From NCBI GenBank assembly GCA_022706885.1, contig JAKJBR010000001.1, forward strand, positions 18,104 to 82,103: DNA of 64,000 nucleotides. Reading direction: 5' to 3'. This DNA comes from Bacillota bacterium. Lineage in GTDB: Bacteria > Bacillota > Clostridia > DUPQ01. Shown here one piece after another: positions 1 through 9,550 of this stretch (its first letter is position 1; each line of letters starts with the position of its first letter). The translations under genes were made by a program, and so were the position numbers. A model generated the notes under the pieces. The model was not told the DNA's origin. It saw only the letters and a program-made list of their open reading frames with translations, and did no database searches.

Positions 1-86
1 TAAATTTTTTTCACTCTCTTTGTATGTTCATAGTATTTTGCTTTTTCTATGGTATAATTTATCTGCAAACGGAAAGAGGGAAAACT

Positions 87-704
87 ATGGAAGTAAGACA
101 TAAATCCGCTATACCTATATATATTGCCGGTTCAGTATGGGTGCTGTACAGCATAATTTTCCCTATGCATAAATTGATTCATATAATTATCGCAGCAATA
201 CTGTTTATATTAGCTTTTTTCTTAAGCGGAAGATTTTTCCCCGACAGGATTGAGATGGTGGAAGAGCCTATAAAATATACCGGTGCAAAAGATGCGGATG
301 TGGCTATAGCTGAGGGAAACAGATATATTGAGAAAATGAGAAAAGCCAATATCCGTATACAAAACGCAGTCGTGTCGGAAAAGATTGACATACTCTGTGA
401 AGTTATAAAAAAGATATTTACATATATCACCGAGAAACCGGAAAAGGTCAAGGATATACGCAGACTTATCACATATTTTCTGCCTACAACGGTTAAACTT
501 CTGAATGCTTACGCAAGAGCGGAAGAACAGAACAATCACGGAGAAAACATAACACAGGTAAAAACCGATATTGAGGGAGCAATGGACGGAATTATACATT
601 CTTTCCGCAAGTACCTTGATAATCTGTATGCCGATGAGGCTATGGACATAGATGCTGAAATAACTGTCTTTGACAGTATGCTGAAAGCGGAAAATTTAAA
701 ATAA
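87..704 (+). CDS. XpaC-like membrane protein (5-bromo-4-chloroindolyl phosphate hydrolysis protein family)
   Basis: Lies in ORF 24..704. The ATG at 87 follows a GAAAGAGGG RBS. It has two N-terminal hydrophobic helices and a helical C-terminal domain. It sits directly upstream of a TelA-family gene, as xpaC-yaaN does in Bacillus subtilis. Confidence 0.55.
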   Translation: MEVRHKSAIPIYIAGSVWVLYSIIFPMHKLIHIIIAAILFILAFFLSGRFFPDRIEMVEEPIKYTGAKDADVAIAEGNRYIEKMRKANIRIQNAVVSEKIDILCEVIKKIFTYITEKPEKVKDIRRLITYFLPTTVKLLNAYARAEEQNNHGENITQVKTDIEGAMDGIIHSFRKYLDNLYADEAMDIDAEITVFDSMLKAENLK

Positions 705-721
705 CTGAAAGGATAAATGCA

Positions 722-1756
722 ATGAACGAAATTACATTAACGGAGAAAGACAGAGAACTTGCTATTTCATACGGAGACAAGCTGGACATTAAAAGCAGCG
801 CCTCCATTCTTCAATACGGAGCCGATGCACAAAGAAAGATAACAACCTTCTCGGATGCCACATTGGAAAAGATCCGTTCCAAGGAACTGGGAGAGATAGG
901 GGACATGATAGGCAATCTCATGGCGCAGCTTAAGGATTTTACCGCCGACCGGGAATCGGGAAATTTCCTGGAGAGACTTTTCAAGAGAACTAAAAGGTAT
1001 ATTGATGTCCTGAAAGCCCGTTATGCAAAGGTTGAAGCCAATGTAAACAAGATTGTTGCTGTAATGGAAGATCATCAGGTAGTATTGATGAAAGATATTA
1101 CAATGCTGGACAAGATGTATGAAATGAACCTTGATTACGTTAAAGAACTTGCTTTGTATATAGAAGGTGGCAGAGCTAAGCACAAGGAACTCAAAGAGAC
1201 AAAACTTGCGGAACTTAGAAAAAAAGCAAAAGAGACCAATCTTCCCGAAGACGCTCAGGCGGCAAATGACTTTGCCAATATGTTAGACAGAGTGGAAAAG
1301 AAGATATATGACCTGGAGATAACAAGAAATATTGCCGTTCAGATGGCTCCGCAGATAAGACTGATACAGAACAATAACACTCTTCTGACGGAAAAGATAC
1401 AAACCACCCTGATAAACACCATTCCTCTTTGGAAAAACCGTATGGTACTTTCATTAAGCATCACACATTCACAGAATGCCATGAAAGCTCAGCGTGCCGT
1501 TACCGACATGACTAACGAACTGCTTCTCAAAAATGCGGAAATGCTGAAACAGAGCAGTGTGGATATTGCCAAAGAATCGGAAAGAGGTATTGTGGATATT
1601 GAGACGCTGAAAGCCACAAACGAAAGCCTTATAACCACTCTTGAGGATATAATCCGTATTCAGGAGGAAGGAAAGGCAAAGAGGAAAGAAGCTGAAAAAG
1701 AACTTGACAGGATTGAGGAGCAACTCAAGAACAAATTGCTGGAGTTTAAAAACTGA
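722..1756 (+). CDS. TelA/YaaN-family toxic anion resistance protein
   Basis: 344-aa all-helical protein. The N-terminus (ILQYGADAQRKITTFSD...LGEIGDMIGNLM) is typical of the TelA family. Confidence 0.85.
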   Translation: MNEITLTEKDRELAISYGDKLDIKSSASILQYGADAQRKITTFSDATLEKIRSKELGEIGDMIGNLMAQLKDFTADRESGNFLERLFKRTKRYIDVLKARYAKVEANVNKIVAVMEDHQVVLMKDITMLDKMYEMNLDYVKELALYIEGGRAKHKELKETKLAELRKKAKETNLPEDAQAANDFANMLDRVEKKIYDLEITRNIAVQMAPQIRLIQNNNTLLTEKIQTTLINTIPLWKNRMVLSLSITHSQNAMKAQRAVTDMTNELLLKNAEMLKQSSVDIAKESERGIVDIETLKATNESLITTLEDIIRIQEEGKAKRKEAEKELDRIEEQLKNKLLEFKN

Positions 1757-2283
1757 TGAGATTTAAGGAAAACAGAGCATTAGCCTGGATATTGGTTGTA
1801 ATTGCAGTAATCGCTTCTGTGCTTATAAGCGGACATGTTTCTCTTTCTTTGCAAAGAAGAGCGGTCATGAACTCTTTTTACGAAACAATGGATGCCGATC
1901 TGAACACCAAGTCGGCCTATGCCGACAATCTGGCCGGTGTGGCGTCAAGATACCTTGACCGCAACAGCGAATATATAACAAATATGGCACAAGCCAGAGA
2001 TATGCTTTTGAATGCAAAGACACCTGCGGAGAAATATGCGGCATCGGTGAAAATAACCAATGCCGCGGCGGCTCTTTATGACATATTAGGCACTATGAGT
2101 CTCAATGAAACCGATGAGAGATTAAGGCGAAGCAATTACGCCGATATAATAGCCGTGGACGATATCTTAAAGAGAACATCGTTTAATAAGAATGTTGATA
2201 CGTTCAACAGTCAATTGGCTATGTTTCCGGCTAATGTTATCGCATCAATAACCGGCATTGACAAGGCGGAATATTTCCGATGA
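1756..2283 (+). CDS. LemA-like membrane-anchored protein (divergent)
   Basis: Start overlaps the telA stop (TGATG). It has a single N-terminal TM helix. The C-terminal FNSQLAMFPANVIASITGIDKAEYF resembles the LemA C-terminal motif, and it precedes a TPM-domain gene as LemA genes usually do. Confidence 0.5.
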   Translation: MRFKENRALAWILVVIAVIASVLISGHVSLSLQRRAVMNSFYETMDADLNTKSAYADNLAGVASRYLDRNSEYITNMAQARDMLLNAKTPAEKYAASVKITNAAAALYDILGTMSLNETDERLRRSNYADIIAVDDILKRTSFNKNVDTFNSQLAMFPANVIASITGIDKAEYFR

Positions 2284-2292
2284 ACCTTTATA

Positions 2293-3300
2293 ATGTTTTC
2301 CCGTTTGATTGACATGAAAAAAATTGCAATATTTATTACATTAATATCGGTTCTTGTCTGTAGTGCGGTATATGCCGCAGATATTCCTGCGCCTACTTCC
2401 GAGTTCTATGTCAATGATACCGCCAATGTGTTATCCGAGAAGACAGAGAAAACAATAATAGATAAAAATCTTGCACTCTGCGAAAAGACGGGAGCCCAGA
2501 TTGTTGTTGTAACGGTAGATTATACCCATACGGCATCCATTGCCGATTACGCATATGAACTTTTCAATGAGTACAAGATAGGCTCCGCAGAAAAGAATAA
2601 CGGATTATTGTTGCTTCTTTCCATAGGAGACGACGATTATTATGTTCTGCAAGGGGAAGGCTTGGAAAGAACGCTGTCCAGCGGTACTCTTTCTTACCTG
2701 CTATATGAACATCTGGAACCGTATTTCGCCAAGCAACAATATGATGAGGGAGTATTAAGCATTTTTAATGTTTTATACAAAGAGATGCTGGCAATTCACA
2801 ATACAACCATAGAATATGAAGATGTATACCCGCCGCAAGACAACTATTACTATCCGGAAGATTTCTATAATCCGTCCCCTCCATTGACTTTCTTTGATAT
2901 ACTCGTAACTGTTTTTGCTGTTTTCAGATTTTTCTTTTTTTTCATAGTTATTATCGGCGTACTTTCCGCAATATTCGGGAGAAGGAAAAGTACAAGGCGT
3001 TCCGATGTTGCCCGAAATGTAATGCCCGTTATAGGTGCTCTGGGTTATATGAATACATTGAAAAATATGAACAATTCCACAAACTATTCTTCATTCAACA
3101 ATAACAGCAGTACCGTCAACAGGAGTAATTACTATTCGGGCGGAAGCAGTTATTCGTCAGGCAGAAGTTCGTATTCAGGAGGATCCTCTTTCCGAAGCAG
3201 TTCCTCTTCTTCAAGAAGCTCTTTTTCTTCCGGTAGCAGATCCAGCAGCGGCGGAGGCGGCTCGTCCAGAGGCGGAGGAGCGGGAAGAGGCGGCAGATAG
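2293..3300 (+). CDS. TPM-domain (YgcG-like) membrane protein with Ser/Gly-rich tail
   Basis: Signal peptide (an alternative start MKK lies at 2314). TPM motif YVNDTANVLS...GAQIVVVTVD, then a TM segment and a low-complexity S/G/R C-terminus. Confidence 0.8.
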   Translation: MFSRLIDMKKIAIFITLISVLVCSAVYAADIPAPTSEFYVNDTANVLSEKTEKTIIDKNLALCEKTGAQIVVVTVDYTHTASIADYAYELFNEYKIGSAEKNNGLLLLLSIGDDDYYVLQGEGLERTLSSGTLSYLLYEHLEPYFAKQQYDEGVLSIFNVLYKEMLAIHNTTIEYEDVYPPQDNYYYPEDFYNPSPPLTFFDILVTVFAVFRFFFFFIVIIGVLSAIFGRRKSTRRSDVARNVMPVIGALGYMNTLKNMNNSTNYSSFNNNSSTVNRSNYYSGGSSYSSGRSSYSGGSSFRSSSSSSRSSFSSGSRSSSGGGGSSRGGGAGRGGR

Positions 3301-3362
3301 CCGCCCTGTTATTTCCTCTATATCAAACCTGTTTTATTTTCATATCAATCGTGTATTGACTT

Positions 3363-3530
3363 TTACTTTTCCGTTGCGCCCGAGTCCTTTTTCTTATTGT
3401 CTTTGAAGATTCTTGACAATAGCAGTATTGCAAGATATATAACCGTAAGTGCTATAAAAACACCTAACATTCCGAAAAGAACCACCCCGGGTGTCTGTAA
3501 AAAATTATCAACATCAAATCGTATATTCAT
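3363..3530 (-). CDS. Small single-TM protein, possible OadG-like gamma subunit
   Basis: 55-aa ORF absent from the supplied track: MNIRFDVDNFLQTPGVVLFGMLGVFIALTVIYLAILLLSRIFKDNKKKDSGATEK. A GGAGG RBS lies between the oadB-like stop codon and this ATG. It has one TM helix and a basic tail. Confidence 0.4.
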   Translation of the reverse strand: MNIRFDVDNFLQTPGVVLFGMLGVFIALTVIYLAILLLSRIFKDNKKKDSGATEK

Positions 3531-3542
3531 TTTTCGCCTCCG

Positions 3543-4673
3543 TTATATAAGTTTTTCCACCAGGGCAATCATTACGCCGCCGGCAACCACCGATGCAATC
3601 TGACCGGCTACATTGGCTCCGGCAGCATGCATTAACAGGAAGTTTGTAGGATCTTCTTTTAATCCCATTTTATGTACTACCCTGGAGGACATGGGGAATG
3701 CCGATATTCCCGCCGCACCTACCATAGGATTTATTTTCTTCTTGACAAACAGATTCAGAAGTTTGGCAAACAGCACTCCCCCTATCGTGTCAAACACGAA
3801 TGCAACAAGTCCCAAAAGAATAATCACCAGGGTGTCCACCTTTACGAAAAGATCATATCTCATCTTGGAAGCTATGGTTATTCCCAACAATATGGTTACG
3901 AGGTTGGCAAGTTCTTTTTGAGCCGATTCGGATAATATCCTCAAGACTTTGCATTCTCTTAACAGGTTACCGAACATTAAGAATCCTACCAGTGCTACCG
4001 ATCTCGGTGCCAGAATACCTACTATCATTGTGGTTACTATTGGGAACAGTATTCTTACCGTTGCGGATACTTCCTTCTGCTCGTAAGGCATCCTTATAAG
4101 TCGCTCCTTTTTGGTTGTGAAAAGACGAATAACGGGAGGCTGTATTATAGGAACCAATGCCATATACGAATACGCCGCCACTATAATCGCTCCTATGTAG
4201 TTGCTGTTGAAGTAGTTGGCTACGAATATGGATGTGGGACCGTCCGCAGCTCCGATAATGCCTATTGATGCGGCATCTTTCAAATCAAAGCCCAACAAAG
4301 CAGCCAAGGAAAAGGTGAAGAATATACCGAACTGTGCAGCCGCACCGAACAGCAGCATCTTAGGATTGGATAAAAGCGGTCCGAAATCTATCATTGCTCC
4401 TATTCCGATAAACAGAAGCAACGGAAACAACTCGTTAGCTATTCCCGCATTGAAAAGCACATCCAGAACACCTTCTTCCGTATTGCCGTTAATAATCTGC
4501 GTTACCGCTCCCGATGTGGGAAGATTGGCAAGAATTGCCCCGAACCCCATAGGCAGAAGCAGTGTGGGTTCCATGTCTTTGGCTATAGCCAGCCAAATCA
4601 AAACCCCTCCTATCACCCACATGAGGACCATCTCCCATCTTATCTCCAGTACATTAGAAAAAATATCAGCCAT
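3543..4673 (-). CDS. Sodium ion-translocating decarboxylase beta subunit (OadB/GcdB/MmdB family)
   Basis: 376-aa polytopic membrane protein. The N-terminus WVIGGVLIWLAIAKDMEPTLLLPMGFGAILANLP and the C-terminal AAGISAFPMSSRVV are characteristic of the family. Confidence 0.85.
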   Translation of the reverse strand: MADIFSNVLEIRWEMVLMWVIGGVLIWLAIAKDMEPTLLLPMGFGAILANLPTSGAVTQIINGNTEEGVLDVLFNAGIANELFPLLLFIGIGAMIDFGPLLSNPKMLLFGAAAQFGIFFTFSLAALLGFDLKDAASIGIIGAADGPTSIFVANYFNSNYIGAIIVAAYSYMALVPIIQPPVIRLFTTKKERLIRMPYEQKEVSATVRILFPIVTTMIVGILAPRSVALVGFLMFGNLLRECKVLRILSESAQKELANLVTILLGITIASKMRYDLFVKVDTLVIILLGLVAFVFDTIGGVLFAKLLNLFVKKKINPMVGAAGISAFPMSSRVVHKMGLKEDPTNFLLMHAAGANVAGQIASVVAGGVMIALVEKLI

Positions 4674-4817
4674 TTTTGTCTTGTCCCCCGATTTTTACAG
4701 GCTTATTGCCTGTTCATCTTTAGTATATATAATACTTTTTTCCTGCCGCTTGCGTCAAGTGATTAGTTGCATTAAACCGTTTGTATATATATACTTTACT
4801 GGGAAAGGAATTATAAA

Positions 4818-5483
4818 ATGAATATTGAAAACATATTATCCAAAGTAGATCATACCCTTCTCAAGCAGACGGCGAAGTGGGAAGATATTAAAGCGATTTG
4901 TGAAGATGCGATTAAATATAATTGTGCGACGGCCTGTATTCCTCCGTACTTTGTTAAGCAGGCAAAAGATTGTTTTAAGAATAACCTTAAAATCTGTACG
5001 GTTATAGGTTTTCCCAACGGATACAGTACAACAAAGGCCAAATGTTTTGAAGCCGCACAGGCTGTAAGCGACGGAGCTGACGAAATAGATATGGTTCTCA
5101 ACATAAACATGCTCAAAGACAAGCTTTACGATGATATACTGGCTGAAATTAATCAGGTAAAAAAAGCCTGTTCGGGAAAACTTCTTAAAGTTATAATTGA
5201 AACCTGTCTTCTGACCGAGGAGGAAAAGATAAAGATGTGCGAAATCATTTCAAAAAGCGATGCCGACTATATAAAGACATCAACGGGCTTTTCCACAGCA
5301 GGTGCCACAAGAGAAGACATTATGTTGTTTAAGAAGCATATTAAAAACGGCAAGCTCATAAAAGCCGCCGGAGGCATAAGGTCTTTAAACGATGCAAATG
5401 ATTTTATCAGTCTCGGCTCTTCCCGGCTGGGCACATCAAGTATAGTAAGAATTGTTAAGGATGAGGAAATTACAAGTTATTGA
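4818..5483 (+). CDS. deoC: Deoxyribose-phosphate aldolase
   Basis: Motifs DHTLLK, EIDMVLNI, IKTSTGF and KAAGGIR, with a GGAAAGG RBS. Confidence 0.9.
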   Translation: MNIENILSKVDHTLLKQTAKWEDIKAICEDAIKYNCATACIPPYFVKQAKDCFKNNLKICTVIGFPNGYSTTKAKCFEAAQAVSDGADEIDMVLNINMLKDKLYDDILAEINQVKKACSGKLLKVIIETCLLTEEEKIKMCEIISKSDADYIKTSTGFSTAGATREDIMLFKKHIKNGKLIKAAGGIRSLNDANDFISLGSSRLGTSSIVRIVKDEEITSY

Positions 5484-5600
5484 AATGTTAAAGAAATGTG
5501 TCAAGAATGTGAACTTTTTGTTTTTTCCCCCTTGTTTATAAACTATAAATCTGATAGTATTTATATGTGAATTTCATTATATCAAAAAAGGAGTATAATT

Positions 5601-6674
5601 ATGAAAAAACTATTTAGTATCGTATTGGTAGTGGTGCTTTTGGTTTCTATGCTGTCCTTAGCAGGCTGCCAAGCTAAAACCTATGAGCTGGCAATGATTA
5701 CCGACGTAGGAGACATTGACGACAAGTCCTTTAACCAGGGAACATGGGAAGGATTGAGGGATTATGCGGTAGAGCATAAAATTACGCATAAGTATTACAA
5801 ACCTCTCGAAGTTTCCACAGATGCGTATCTTTCAGCTATCGATCTTGCAGTATCATCCGGAGCTAAAGTCATCGTAACACCGGGATTTATGTTTGAAGAA
5901 GCTATTTTTATTGCCCAAGACAGATATCCGGAAGTTATGTTCATACTTTTGGACGGTCAACCGCAAGATGCAGACTATAACAAGCGTATTGAAAAGAATG
6001 TTTATGCAGTTATATATGCGGAAGAGCACTGCGGTTACCTTGCAGGTTATGCGGCTGTAGTAGACGGATATAGAAATTTAGGTTATCAGGGCGGAATGGC
6101 TGTTCCGGCAGTTTGCAGATACGGATTCGGTTTTGTACAGGGTGCTAATGATGCAGCTAAAGAATTAGGACTTGCAAAAGGCGATGTTAAAATAATGTAC
6201 AACTATTCCGGAGACTTTGCCGATACACCGGCATCACAGACAAGAGCTGCTGGCTGGTATCAGGCAGGAACCGAAGTTATCTTTGCAGCAGGCGGAAAAG
6301 TAGGAAACTCCGTTATGTCGGCAGCGGAAGCAGCCAATAAAGCGGTTATAGGTGTTGACGTTGACCAATCGGCGGAATCGCCTACGGTTATCTCTTCGGC
6401 AATGAAGGGCTTGGCAACAATGGTTCAGTACGGATTAAAAGAGTTCTATGCAGGAAAATTCCCCGGCGGACAAGTCGTAACAGTCGGTGCCGAATCCAAT
6501 GCGGTAAGCCTTGCACCGTTCTCAACTTCAAAATGGAAAACCTTCTCACAGGCAGACTATGATGCATTATTTGCAAAATTGGCTAACGGAACCTTGGCTC
6601 CGGAAAAGGATAACGACAGAACAAATCCCACGGAACTCAAACTGGATTATGTTAAATTAACTTTTGTTGAATAA
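5601..6674 (+). CDS. BMP-family (PnrA/Med-like) nucleoside-binding ABC substrate-binding lipoprotein
   Basis: Lipobox LSLAGC, motif ITDVGDIDDKSFNQ, and an AAGGAG RBS. It precedes the cognate ABC genes. Confidence 0.85.
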   Translation: MKKLFSIVLVVVLLVSMLSLAGCQAKTYELAMITDVGDIDDKSFNQGTWEGLRDYAVEHKITHKYYKPLEVSTDAYLSAIDLAVSSGAKVIVTPGFMFEEAIFIAQDRYPEVMFILLDGQPQDADYNKRIEKNVYAVIYAEEHCGYLAGYAAVVDGYRNLGYQGGMAVPAVCRYGFGFVQGANDAAKELGLAKGDVKIMYNYSGDFADTPASQTRAAGWYQAGTEVIFAAGGKVGNSVMSAAEAANKAVIGVDVDQSAESPTVISSAMKGLATMVQYGLKEFYAGKFPGGQVVTVGAESNAVSLAPFSTSKWKTFSQADYDALFAKLANGTLAPEKDNDRTNPTELKLDYVKLTFVE

Positions 6675-6699
6675 GAGTAAAACAAGGAAGAAACAAAAA

Positions 6700-6727
6700 C
6701 TGCCGTGTAAAAGCGGCAGTTTTTTTA
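6700..6727 (+). terminator. Rho-independent terminator after the BMP lipoprotein gene
   Basis: Stem CTGCCG, loop tgtaaaag, stem CGGCAG, followed by T8. Confidence 0.75.
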
Positions 6728-6854
6728 TCGTTAATTACTATATGCTTCTGTTTTTTTCTTTTTTTTACTTTAGCCGTTATTCTTTATTTATTATTCTTCT
6801 CAAATAATATATAATAATGTAAGTTAAAAACACTTATAGCCAAGGAGCAAATTT

Positions 6855-8384
6855 ATGGATTACATCATCGAGATGTTGAACATCAGGAAGGAATTTCCCG
6901 GTATTGTCGCTAACGATGATATCACCCTCCGGATTAAAAAAACCGAAATACATGCACTTTTGGGTGAGAACGGAGCAGGAAAAAGCACCCTTATGAGTGT
7001 ACTTTTCGGTCTGTATAAACCGGAGGCGGGCATCATAAAATTAAGAGGCAAAGAGATTGACATTTCCGATCCCAAGACGGCAAGTCATCTGGGCATAGGA
7101 ATGGTTCATCAGCACTTCAAACTGGTGGAAGATTTTACAGTACTGGAAAACATAATATTGGGTGCGGAAACGGTAAAAAACGGCTTTCTTAAGATGGATG
7201 AAGCAAAAAAGAAGGTAATGGAACTGAGCAACCGCTACAAGCTGTATATAGATCCCGATGCAAAAGTGTCGACCATTACCGTCGGCATGCAGCAACGAGT
7301 GGAAATACTTAAAATGCTGTACAGGGAGAATGAAATACTTATCTTTGACGAACCAACGGCGGTTCTTACTCCACAGGAAATTGATGAATTGATGGGCATA
7401 ATGAAAGAACTGTCCAAAGAAGGAAAGTCTTTGATATTCATTACTCATAAACTGGAGGAAATAAAGAAAGTCGCCGACAGGGTTACCGTTTTAAGAAGAG
7501 GAAAATGCATCGGTACCTATAACGTACAGGATGTCACCAAAGAATCCTTGAGTGAAATGATGGTCGGAAGAAAGGTGCAGTTTACGGTAGACAAAAAAGA
7601 TATTACTCCGGGTGAAACCATCTTTGAAGTTAAAAACCTTTCCATGAAGACCAAAGGCTCAACCAAGAATACTCTGAATAAAATATCTTTCAAGGTCAGA
7701 AAAAATGAAATAGTGTGCATAGCGGGAATAGACGGTAACGGACAGAGTGAGCTGGTCTATGCGCTTACAGGCATACGACATTTTGACCAAGGGCAGATAC
7801 TTGTTCACGGAGAGGATTGGACCAAGAAAAGTATAAGATACAGAAATTCCCACGGAATGAGCCATATCCCCGAAGACCGGCATAAATACGGACTTATACT
7901 GGAATACAGTATGGCATATAACCTTATACTTCAGACATATTTCACCGACAGGTTTCAAAAGAGAGGTTTTCTCAAGAATGACAGTATACATGAATATGCA
8001 GACGGTTTGATTAAAAAGTACGACATACGAAGCGGACAGGGCGCACGGACCGTTACAAGATCCATGTCGGGAGGTAATCAGCAGAAAGTAATATTGGCCA
8101 GAGAAATAGACAAAGACCCTTCCATAATGATAGCCGTCCAACCGGCAAGAGGTCTGGATGTCGGAGCCACGGAATTCATTCATAAGCGACTGGTAGAGCA
8201 AAGAGAGAGCGGAAAAGCGGTTTTGCTTATTTCACTGGAACTGGAAGAAATAATGAACTTAAGTGACAGAATACTTGTTATATATGAAGGAGAATTGGTG
8301 GGTGATCTTGATCCTAAAAAGACCACCATACAGGAGTTGGGCCTGTATATGGCAGGAGCAAAAAGAGATGAGGTGAAAGCATGA
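6855..8384 (+). CDS. ABC transporter ATP-binding protein with two ATPase domains (nucleoside/sugar type)
   Basis: Walker A GENGAGKST, a second domain GIDGNGQSE, and signature SGGNQQK. 509 aa. Confidence 0.9.
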   Translation: MDYIIEMLNIRKEFPGIVANDDITLRIKKTEIHALLGENGAGKSTLMSVLFGLYKPEAGIIKLRGKEIDISDPKTASHLGIGMVHQHFKLVEDFTVLENIILGAETVKNGFLKMDEAKKKVMELSNRYKLYIDPDAKVSTITVGMQQRVEILKMLYRENEILIFDEPTAVLTPQEIDELMGIMKELSKEGKSLIFITHKLEEIKKVADRVTVLRRGKCIGTYNVQDVTKESLSEMMVGRKVQFTVDKKDITPGETIFEVKNLSMKTKGSTKNTLNKISFKVRKNEIVCIAGIDGNGQSELVYALTGIRHFDQGQILVHGEDWTKKSIRYRNSHGMSHIPEDRHKYGLILEYSMAYNLILQTYFTDRFQKRGFLKNDSIHEYADGLIKKYDIRSGQGARTVTRSMSGGNQQKVILAREIDKDPSIMIAVQPARGLDVGATEFIHKRLVEQRESGKAVLLISLELEEIMNLSDRILVIYEGELVGDLDPKKTTIQELGLYMAGAKRDEVKA

Positions 8385-9550
8385 GTAACCGAAATTCCAT
8401 GAATCAGTTTTTTGACAGATTAAGCAGAAAAAAAGGGACGGGAAGCTTTATTTCCTCTTTAGTAGCCATAGGAATAGGTCTTGTAATAGGACTTATAATT
8501 CTTCTAATATCCAATCCCCGGGAAGCCTTTGCGGGATTTTTTACCATGCTTATCGGAGGTTTTAACGACGGGACAAGAAGTTTCGGAAATGTCTTCTATC
8601 TTGCCACACCTATCATAATGACGGGGCTGGCGGTGGGATTCGCATTCAAGACCGGACTGTTCAATATAGGAGCAAGCGGTCAGTTTATCGTAGGGGCATA
8701 TGTTGCGGTACTTATCGGAGTAAAACTTCCTCAGTTGGGAGGCTTCCAGTGGGTTTTGGGCATATTGGCCGCCATGGCTATAGGGACGATATGGGGAGCA
8801 GTACCGGGACTTTTAAAGGCTTATCTCAATGTTCACGAAGTAATAGCCTCTATTATGATGAACTACATAGGCATGTTTATGGTTAACTACCTTATAAAAC
8901 AAACTGTGCTCAATGTATATACCAACAGATCGCTTGCCGTGGCTCCGACCGCAAACATACCCAAGATGGGTCTTACGGCGATATTCCCGGGATCCAGTAT
9001 AAACGGCGGGTTACTCGTAGCAATACTGTTTGTAATACTCATGTATATAATTCTGGAAAAGACCACTTTCGGATATGAACTTAAAGCCTGCGGACATAAC
9101 AGGTTCGCAGCAAAATACGCAGGAATAAATGAAAACAGAAACATAGTCCTTTCCATGGCAATATCCGGAATGCTTGCAGGTGTCGGAGGGGCCTTACACT
9201 ATTTGTCCGGTGCGGGCGTATATATCGAGGTCGTGGATGTTCTGGCCGCTCAGGGGTTCACGGGAATATCCGTTTCACTTTTAGGCATGAGCAATCCCAT
9301 AGGCGTCTTCTTCGCAGGCATATTCATAGCATGGCTGCAGATAGGCGGCTTCTATATGCAAAGATACAGCTTTGTTCCGGAGTTCATACAGATTATAACG
9401 GCAATTATAATTTACTGTTCCGCAGCATCTCTGCTTATTCGGAACTATCTGGAATTGCGGCAACTTAAGAAAGACGAGAAACTTTCCGCCGATTCCGATA
9501 ATGACACGGCGGATATTGTTAATGTTGAAAATCAAGGAGGTGGCAACTGA
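8381..9550 (+). CDS. ABC transporter permease (nucleoside uptake)
   Basis: Polytopic membrane protein. Its start overlaps the ATPase stop. Confidence 0.85.
   Translation: MSNRNSMNQFFDRLSRKKGTGSFISSLVAIGIGLVIGLIILLISNPREAFAGFFTMLIGGFNDGTRSFGNVFYLATPIIMTGLAVGFAFKTGLFNIGASGQFIVGAYVAVLIGVKLPQLGGFQWVLGILAAMAIGTIWGAVPGLLKAYLNVHEVIASIMMNYIGMFMVNYLIKQTVLNVYTNRSLAVAPTANIPKMGLTAIFPGSSINGGLLVAILFVILMYIILEKTTFGYELKACGHNRFAAKYAGINENRNIVLSMAISGMLAGVGGALHYLSGAGVYIEVVDVLAAQGFTGISVSLLGMSNPIGVFFAGIFIAWLQIGGFYMQRYSFVPEFIQIITAIIIYCSAASLLIRNYLELRQLKKDEKLSADSDNDTADIVNVENQGGGN

Noticed and set aside
3085-3297. Ser/Gly-rich repetitive coding stretch, considered as a possible tandem DNA repeat or contingency locus.
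   Set aside because: - It is a low-complexity tail within the TPM-domain ORF with no exact DNA period.
- Such tails are common in YgcG/TPM proteins.
3397-4821. Several plus-strand ORFs (3397..3603, 3613..3921, 3672..3935, 4216..4821).
   Set aside because: - All are antisense to the oadB-like gene or its small downstream ORF.
- They have no RBS and low-complexity composition.
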